A DNA stretch of 30,103 nt, taken from a virus (taxonomy: Duplodnaviria; Caudoviricetes). A program made the position numbers and the translations under genes. Positions 24,147-30,103 of the stretch are shown here, piece after piece; the stretch's first letter is position 1; every line of letters begins with the position of its first letter. Location of the stretch: positions 1 through 30,103 of the IMG/VR virus record IMGVR_UViG_3300033406_000034; one strand, 5' to 3'. The notes below the pieces were generated by a model. That model made no database searches. It had not been told where the DNA came from and saw nothing but the letters and a program-made list of their open reading frames with translations.

Positions 24147-26513
24147 TTACTCATCTCGCAAAAAGGTCTTTTGAGGACCGTATAGGGGGTATCGGACCTT
24201 GCCGGTTTTGTTGGCGGTCAGTTTTTTCCACCCCCCGATGCGGGTCAGGATGCCTTCTATTTCATAGGAGTCGGACCGTTTGAGATTCTGGCGTTCCTTG
24301 GCAAAGCACTCGCACCAAATCTCCATCACACAGACCTTGTCCCGGCGCACGGTTCCCGTCATGGCGGAGCCGCCAAACTCGTTGCCGCCAAGAAACGTCC
24401 TTCTTTGATACAAGTCCATTCCGTCCCACCCTTCAGGAAGCAGCACTTCCAGGTAATCTACGATAATACCCTCCCGGTCGTCGGCTTCCATGGCCTGTTG
24501 CTGCTGGACATAGGCTTCGGCGACCACATCGCCTTTCAGGAACAATTCCTCGCCGGCGCGGTACTTCACAATGGCTTCTGCCCAAACCTGGTCAACCTCG
24601 GTCAGCTCCCAAGCGCGAAACTTGGAATTTCCCGTCACATGCACCGGCCAGAAGCGCCGGTTTCCCGTGATGTCGCGAAGAAATCCGCTCTCCGAGTTGG
24701 TGGAACCTACAATGATATTGGTCCTGGGGTGGCTTTCCACATTGACGCCGTAGGACTGCCTGAACTTGTCGTCTGTGCGGCTGATGAAGGACTTGACCGT
24801 TTCCACATCCACTTTTTTAATGCCGGCCAGTTCGCCCAGTTCTAAAATCCAGTACCCCTGCAGCTTTTCTGCGGCGGTTTTGTCCTTCATGTCGGAAATG
24901 GAGAGACTGTCCGAATACCACTGTCTGCCAAGAAGGGCGAACAGCGTGGACTTGCCCACACCCTGCGGACCGTTAAGGACAAGGATGGAGTCAAACTTGA
25001 CGCCAGGCTCATACACCCGGGCTACGGCGGCGCACAGGGTCTTGCGGGTGACTGCCCGGACAAACGCGGTATCCTCCGCGCCCAGATAATCAATGAGCAA
25101 TGTGTCGATGCGCTCCGTGCCGTCCCATTCCAGGGTTTGAAAATACTTCTTAATCGGATGGTACGGCCGCTCCGCGGACACCACGGCGAGAAGCGCGTCC
25201 TTAAATTTGGCTGGCGACCAAATCCCGTATACCCGTTCAAAGTACACCTTGGCACAGGCAAGGTCGGCATCTCCCCAGCCGGGACGCACCTGTTTCCAAG
25301 GAAGCTCTCCGATCACATCCACCATACTTTTGAACTCGTTGTAGACGATGGGTTTGAGATTCGGATCAAAGCGGATGATATTGGCGATGTTGGTCAGAGT
25401 GTCCTTGACCTTGCCCTGCTTATCCAGTTCCAGTAATGTCTGCCAGTTTTCGTTGTCCACTTCATTGAACTCATCCAGCGTCAAGTTTTCGCGCTCTTTG
25501 GCAAGCCGGACTTTAACCCGTTCATCAGAAACCGCAAACTCCTGCATGGCCTTAAAGGAAGGCAGCTTGGCGGAATCGGCGTCCTCATCCGCCTTGGCAT
25601 CCAGTTCTCCGAATTTGTGAATCCGCACCGCGTCAAAGGCGTTCATCAGCTTTCCGCACGCCGGGTCGGTGGCATGATGGCTGTATGCGTATTTATCCTC
25701 GTAAATGACCACGCCCGCCTGGCTGTCTGCCGGAATATAGTCGTAGCGTCCTGGCATGGCGCTTTTTCGATATACATCAGCAAGAAAGGTATCCATAGCA
25801 TCCGTCATGGAGTAGGCGCGGCAGAACGCGCCCACCGCTCCCTGCTTTTCCAGGGGATCGGCTTGCTTCTTGAACTCGCGCTGCACCACGGTCTGCTGTC
25901 GCTTGGACACAGGCCACTGCGCCGAGTTGCGCCAGTCAGTGTATTTTACGAGCACCTCGTCGGGATTGAGAATCTCTCCGTCAACCTCGCGGAACACGAA
26001 CTCCCCGTCCGCGGAGGTGGACGGCCAGTACATCAAGCGGCTCGGTTCGTAGGTGGTGTCGTCAAAAAGTTCAATGCCAATTTCCTCTGCTACTTTCCTT
26101 GCCACTGCAGAGTACTCATCCGGCGATACCTCGCGGGCAAGCGGGATAATAAGGCGAAGTCGGGGTTTTTCCGGTGTGTGCTTATGGGTGGAGTAAAGCC
26201 AGCACTTGAAGGAACAGAACATCTCGATCTGGTCGATGATATCCGGCAGCGCGTAGTCCATATCAAGGCACAGTCCTGAGCGCGTGAGGACGCAATCCTT
26301 TTTCCGTCTGCCGCCCTTCAGCGTTCCTAGGACAAACCCGCCCACATCCTTGATATCATCCTGTCTGGCCTTGCTGAGTTTTTTGTACTGCTCCATCGTC
26401 TCCGCGGTTCTGCGCGTGGCGGAAATCCGTTCACGGAACTCATCCAGTTCCATTTCGGCCAGATTCCAGCGTTTGTCTGTACGTGAATTGCCAGTAGAAA
26501 GCCTGATTTTCAT
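24147..26513 (-). CDS. VapE (virulence-associated E) family primase-helicase
   Basis: N-terminal primase-like LDMD and YSTHKH...PRLR; C-terminal ATPase GPQGVGKS, WILELGEL, GSTN, DITGNRRFWP. Confidence 0.92.
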   Translation of the reverse strand: MKIRLSTGNSRTDKRWNLAEMELDEFRERISATRRTAETMEQYKKLSKARQDDIKDVGGFVLGTLKGGRRKKDCVLTRSGLCLDMDYALPDIIDQIEMFCSFKCWLYSTHKHTPEKPRLRLIIPLAREVSPDEYSAVARKVAEEIGIELFDDTTYEPSRLMYWPSTSADGEFVFREVDGEILNPDEVLVKYTDWRNSAQWPVSKRQQTVVQREFKKQADPLEKQGAVGAFCRAYSMTDAMDTFLADVYRKSAMPGRYDYIPADSQAGVVIYEDKYAYSHHATDPACGKLMNAFDAVRIHKFGELDAKADEDADSAKLPSFKAMQEFAVSDERVKVRLAKERENLTLDEFNEVDNENWQTLLELDKQGKVKDTLTNIANIIRFDPNLKPIVYNEFKSMVDVIGELPWKQVRPGWGDADLACAKVYFERVYGIWSPAKFKDALLAVVSAERPYHPIKKYFQTLEWDGTERIDTLLIDYLGAEDTAFVRAVTRKTLCAAVARVYEPGVKFDSILVLNGPQGVGKSTLFALLGRQWYSDSLSISDMKDKTAAEKLQGYWILELGELAGIKKVDVETVKSFISRTDDKFRQSYGVNVESHPRTNIIVGSTNSESGFLRDITGNRRFWPVHVTGNSKFRAWELTEVDQVWAEAIVKYRAGEELFLKGDVVAEAYVQQQQAMEADDREGIIVDYLEVLLPEGWDGMDLYQRRTFLGGNEFGGSAMTGTVRRDKVCVMEIWCECFAKERQNLKRSDSYEIEGILTRIGGWKKLTANKTGKVRYPLYGPQKTFLRDE

Positions 26514-26929
26514 TTGCCGTCCCTCCCTGCAATAAAAAGTTCTATATTTTTTGCGGTTCTTTGTCGGAACCGCATCGCTTCCTTAAACTTCACGGTATAC
26601 TCGCGCCACTTGTCTGAGTTTGCCGGATAGTCTGCCGCTTCATTGGCATACTCCTGCATCTGGGCAAAATACCTTTTCTCCAGTCTGCGCAGGAAAGCAA
26701 GCAGCCTGTCCTTTTCCGGCTCCGGCGAGTATCTGTAAATCAAGGAAAAGACCTTCCTGGCTTTATCCAAAGGGCAGGGAAAGAAGCCTTCCAGGTTCAG
26801 TTCCATATATCCAGCGGGATAAACGATCTTTAGCTTTCCGGCATCCGCTTCCGCCCGGCGGATGCCCTCGTAGGCGGTCGGGTCATAATAACCTTCCGCA
26901 TTGTATTTGCTGATTCCCAAGACAATCAC
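26510..26929 (-). CDS. Hypothetical phage protein (start possibly TTG at 26920)
   Basis: Fills the gap between the polymerase and VapE genes with an ATGA overlap; NAEGYYDPTAYE motif. Confidence 0.7.
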   Translation of the reverse strand: MIVLGISKYNAEGYYDPTAYEGIRRAEADAGKLKIVYPAGYMELNLEGFFPCPLDKARKVFSLIYRYSPEPEKDRLLAFLRRLEKRYFAQMQEYANEAADYPANSDKWREYTVKFKEAMRFRQRTAKNIELFIAGRDGK

Positions 26930-26932
26930 CCC

Positions 26933-28867
26933 CTAATCCTTTTTATAGAAGCCGCACTCATACCCATCGGCTCTAAGCGGAAGGCCAGCCGCCCAGCCCG
27001 GAGCCTCCGCCATGATTTTGCAGATTTCCCCAACGCTTGAATGTCCCTCCGTCACCTCCAGCACGGCTTCATCGTGAACATGCATTACGATAGCAAACCC
27101 CTGGCTGCGGAGCCGCAGCATGGCAAGTGCCAACAAGTCGCGGCTCGTTGCCTGGACGATGTTTTCCACCAGCTTGGGGCCGTAGGTTTCGATACGCATC
27201 CACTTTTTGTTTTCACCGATCCCCTCATAGGTCAGCCCCTCTCGGCCAAACTTGTTGATCGCCATTCGCGGCTTGATATAGGACAAATTTCTGCCGGATG
27301 GCAGCGTAACGAACAGGATGCCGGACTTATAAGAAAAAGCCACACTACCGACCGCCGTTGCCTTCTTTTCCTGGACTGCCGCGATGGCAGCGGCGTCCAC
27401 ATCCCACCAGAACTTCGTAATGTGCGGATTGGCTCTTCGCCACTGGTTCACCAGGACAGGCAGTTCTTCTTCTGTCAGCCCCATCTCCAGCGCACCCATC
27501 GCGGTCAAGGCTCCAACTGAACCGCCATAGCCCAGAGCCAGTTCCGCAATTTTGCCCTTCTGGCGAAGCGGGCTTCCTTTGCCGATCTCCCCAATGGGGA
27601 CACCGAACATGGCAGATGCCGATGCTTCGTAAATCTTGCCGTGGCTGCTGAATACATCAAGGCGCCAATTCTCGCCGGAGAGCCAGGCGAGCACTCGCGC
27701 TTCAATGGCGGAAAAGTCCGCCACGATAAAGCGGGTGCCAGGCCTTGGCACGAAGGCGCTCCGGATCAGTTCGGACAATACGCCGGGAGTGGATTCAAAG
27801 AGCAGTTCCACATCCTCAAAACGGCTTTGCTTAATGAGGTTTCTAGCCAGTTCCAGGTCCGGCAAATGATTCTGTGGAAGGTTCTGAACCTGGACGAGCC
27901 TTCCCGCCCAGCGCCCGGTGCGGTTCGCCCCGTAAAACTGCAGCAGCCCATGAACCCTGCCGTCCGAGCATACGGAACGCTCGATGGCTTCGTATTTTTT
28001 CACCGAGGTCTTGGCCATCAGGAGCCGCAGCTTCAAAACCTCCAACACTTCGCCGTCCGCTTCGGGCAAAAGGCCCTTGACCGCTTTCTTGTCAAGACTC
28101 TCTACCTCAACCCCATGATCGGAAAGCCACCCTTTGACTTGTGTGACAGAGTTGGGGTTGTTTAGTCCGGTCAGTTCATATGCCCTAGTGATTGCCAGTT
28201 CCTTATATTGAAGATCGCACTCCACGGCGCGGGATACCAAATCGCAATCAACCAGAATACCTCGGTCATTAATTTCCTGGTCGAGTCGGTACAGTTCCAT
28301 CTCGATGTCGGAAATTGGAAAGTTTCTCAGCTTCTGCCGGATCTCCCGCTCGGCGTCCACGTCTCGGACGCAATAGCTTTTGAAAAGTGTCCATTTTTCC
28401 GGCGCATGCTCCGGCAGGTTTCTCGTCCTGCCGCCGTTCGTTCGGGTGGGCTTGCAGGGAATGGAGAAATACCGGACCAAGTCAGCGCCTTCTTTCAGCT
28501 TTTTCCGCTCAATATTCAAAACCTCGCCCACCCCTTCCAAAGACAGCGGCAGAGCAAGCATTGCCGCCTGCACCGCCGTGCATTGCCAAGAAACAGGCGA
28601 AAGATGTATTCCCAGATATCGTGAAAGGCAAGTCCTTTCAAACATGGCATTGAAGGCTGTCTTTATAACGCTCTCATCGGTAAGCGCGTCCATAACTTCC
28701 CGCGGCAGCGGTTCTCCACAAGCCAAATCAACTATTTTTGTTTCCTCATCGCCGAATGCGTAAGAAAGCAGCAAAATTGTGAAATTCGGACTGTCCGCAT
28801 AAGCGTAAACGCCGCATTTCGTTAAATCCACATCCGAATATGTCTCAATATCCAATGATAAAAACAT
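26933..28867 (-). CDS. Phage family A DNA polymerase
   Basis: Exo I LDIETYS, RTGRWAGR-VQ-QNLP, motif A ADFSAIEARV, motif B RQKGKIAELALGYGG, motif C HVHDE; GAGGTGA RBS before ATG at 28867. Confidence 0.96.
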   Translation of the reverse strand: MFLSLDIETYSDVDLTKCGVYAYADSPNFTILLLSYAFGDEETKIVDLACGEPLPREVMDALTDESVIKTAFNAMFERTCLSRYLGIHLSPVSWQCTAVQAAMLALPLSLEGVGEVLNIERKKLKEGADLVRYFSIPCKPTRTNGGRTRNLPEHAPEKWTLFKSYCVRDVDAEREIRQKLRNFPISDIEMELYRLDQEINDRGILVDCDLVSRAVECDLQYKELAITRAYELTGLNNPNSVTQVKGWLSDHGVEVESLDKKAVKGLLPEADGEVLEVLKLRLLMAKTSVKKYEAIERSVCSDGRVHGLLQFYGANRTGRWAGRLVQVQNLPQNHLPDLELARNLIKQSRFEDVELLFESTPGVLSELIRSAFVPRPGTRFIVADFSAIEARVLAWLSGENWRLDVFSSHGKIYEASASAMFGVPIGEIGKGSPLRQKGKIAELALGYGGSVGALTAMGALEMGLTEEELPVLVNQWRRANPHITKFWWDVDAAAIAAVQEKKATAVGSVAFSYKSGILFVTLPSGRNLSYIKPRMAINKFGREGLTYEGIGENKKWMRIETYGPKLVENIVQATSRDLLALAMLRLRSQGFAIVMHVHDEAVLEVTEGHSSVGEICKIMAEAPGWAAGLPLRADGYECGFYKKD

Positions 28868-28885
28868 GGAGTCACCTCTTTTATG

Positions 28886-28911
28886 TAAAAGGCGGCGGTT
28901 TCCCACCGCCC
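28886..28911 (-). terminator. GNRA hairpin/terminator after the SSB gene
   Basis: RNA GGCGGUGG-GAAA-CCGCCGCC followed by UUUU. Confidence 0.6.
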
Positions 28912-28920
28912 TTACAATTC

Positions 28921-29466
28921 TTAAGCCAAAAAGTCTTCCTCATCGACCGTGTCGAAATCATCAGCCGCCTTGGCGCGACCGCCGCCCAACGGCTCCCCGT
29001 CTTTCAGCTTCTGGATGTTGCCGAGTCCTGCCGCAATGCCGCGATTGCCGTTGGAGTTGTATCCGTAAAACGTCACGCTGATGCGACCGTAACAGCCGGA
29101 GTACACTTCGCTCTGGTCAAGAACGGGCTGTACTTTGCCGTCCACCACCTGGGGAGCCTGCCGGCTGTTGGCATTGAAGAAATAGCAGCCTTTGTAGGCT
29201 TCGTCCTCGGGGCGGTCGATATCGCCGTCGCGAAGTGGGGTTTTGAGATTGCCGGGAACCTTGCCGCCCCACTTGGAGACAGAATCCTTTTTGGCCTGTT
29301 CAATCGCCGCCTTGATAGCTTCCACGGTCTTGATGTCGCTCTTCGGCACGATGGCTGAAACGCTGAATTTAGGATCGCCGCCGTTAACGGAATCCGGCTC
29401 CCAGCAGTGTAGATAGGAAAAACGGCAGGGTACGATGACCTTAGTAGCGGTAGATTGATTTTTCAT
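28921..29466 (-). CDS. DUF2815 family ssDNA-binding protein (T7 gp2.5-like)
   Basis: RFSY, PLRDGD, EVYSGCY, NGNRGIAAGLGNIQKLKDGEPLGG, acidic tail DDFDTVDEEDFLA. Confidence 0.92.
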   Translation of the reverse strand: MKNQSTATKVIVPCRFSYLHCWEPDSVNGGDPKFSVSAIVPKSDIKTVEAIKAAIEQAKKDSVSKWGGKVPGNLKTPLRDGDIDRPEDEAYKGCYFFNANSRQAPQVVDGKVQPVLDQSEVYSGCYGRISVTFYGYNSNGNRGIAAGLGNIQKLKDGEPLGGGRAKAADDFDTVDEEDFLA

Positions 29467-29468
29467 GA

Positions 29469-30103
29469 TTAAACCTCCTGAAATTCCGCCGCGGCGGTAG
29501 TTTTATTGATGGCTTCTCTCTTGTCGGAATCCGGCACCAGAGTGATTTTGCCTTGCGGCTTGTACACCAGATGCCCAAGGATACGGTTGAAGTCCTGCTT
29601 GCCCATGATCCGCTCCATCTCGGTGATGGCCACCAAGGAGCGCTTGTAAATGTCTGTATATCCGGCGGCCGCAGCGGCTTCCGCCACCTCGTCCTCGCTT
29701 GTGTACTTGCGGTTGCTCCGTCCCTCGACAAGCTTGAAACCTGTCCATTCCTTGCCGTGGACAATGGCCTGGTTTTGCGCAAAGGCATATACGTCGGATG
29801 CCCAACTCGCCAATTCGTCCGATACTCTCAAGACCTCCGCGATTTCATCGTCCGACAGAAGGGCTGGCTGGCGAAAATCCATCTTGGCCAGCGCCAGAAA
29901 CTCTTCGGCTCTGGCGCGGCACTGGTTTCTTGCCTTGCAGAAGCGGCACCAGCTGCCGGCCTTAAACTCTCCGGCACCCATTAGGGCCATGGCGCCCCTT
30001 GGCTTTAACACTTCCTCGCCCCATGTTTTAAGCGCATCGGGCGATATATCCCAGGTGCTTGAATTGTTAAGGCGGGGCTGAAAGATGGTAAGGCGGACGG
30101 TTT
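29469..30103 (-). CDS. DUF2800 family (PD-(D/E)XK/Cas4-like) nuclease, partial (5' end outside the window)
   Basis: Frame is open to the right edge: TVRLTIFQPRLNN...GSWCRFCKARNQCRARA...GFKLVEGRSNRKY...LVPDSDKR. Confidence 0.9.
   Translation of the reverse strand, partial: TVRLTIFQPRLNNSSTWDISPDALKTWGEEVLKPRGAMALMGAGEFKAGSWCRFCKARNQCRARAEEFLALAKMDFRQPALLSDDEIAEVLRVSDELASWASDVYAFAQNQAIVHGKEWTGFKLVEGRSNRKYTSEDEVAEAAAAAGYTDIYKRSLVAITEMERIMGKQDFNRILGHLVYKPQGKITLVPDSDKREAINKTTAAAEFQEV

Larger units (their letters stand above)
1..30103. mobile_element. Prophage/temperate siphovirus segment (replication to tail modules); both ends lie outside the window
   Basis: Contiguous co-oriented minus-strand phage genes in canonical order: replication, HNH, terS, terL, portal, protease, capsid, connectors, tail tube, chaperones, tape measure. 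No integrase or att site is visible. Confidence 0.97.

Noticed and set aside
14086-26513. 'Virulence' labels (VapE, virulence-related protein) as evidence of pathogenicity factors
   Set aside because: These are historical family names. VapE here has primase/helicase motifs, and nothing in the sequence supports a virulence role.
29469-30103. Cas4-like Cys cluster suggesting a CRISPR locus
   Set aside because: It is the phage DUF2800 nuclease in its usual SSB/polymerase context; no repeat-spacer array or other cas genes are in the window.
1-30103. tRNA, rRNA, integrase/att sites, IS elements, introns/inteins, DGR repeats
   Set aside because: None recognised by eye. Polymerase, terminase and helicase lengths leave no room for inteins. 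A covariance-model search would be needed to exclude small ncRNAs.

Overview
The whole window is the middle of a temperate siphovirus-type prophage of a Bacillota (Firmicutes) host, with every credible gene on the minus strand. Reading right to left: (1) Replication module: DUF2800 nuclease (truncated at the edge), DUF2815 SSB, family A DNA polymerase, VapE primase-helicase, an iteron-rich ori candidate, VRR-NUC and an SNF2 helicase. (2) A RinA/ArpU-like activator and an orphan MazF. (3) An AT-rich TcmP + DUF5131 (three-Cys, radical-SAM-like) cassette. (4) A late promoter, HNH and a cos candidate. (5) A DNA-modification block: a ParB-amino-MTase with an in-frame TGA, a C5-MTase and an Nmad1/DUF1599-like protein. 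(6) terS/terL, an AT-rich two-gene moron, HK97-type head genes, and tail genes including a GGGAAAC -1 frameshift chaperone pair, the tape measure and a truncated tail-tip protein. Most notable: a hidden +1-frame gene with its own Shine-Dalgarno nested inside the C5-MTase (resembling the M.EcoHK31I beta polypeptide), and the TcmP/DUF5131 cassette of unknown biochemistry. All family assignments come from motif recognition by eye; no database searches were run.
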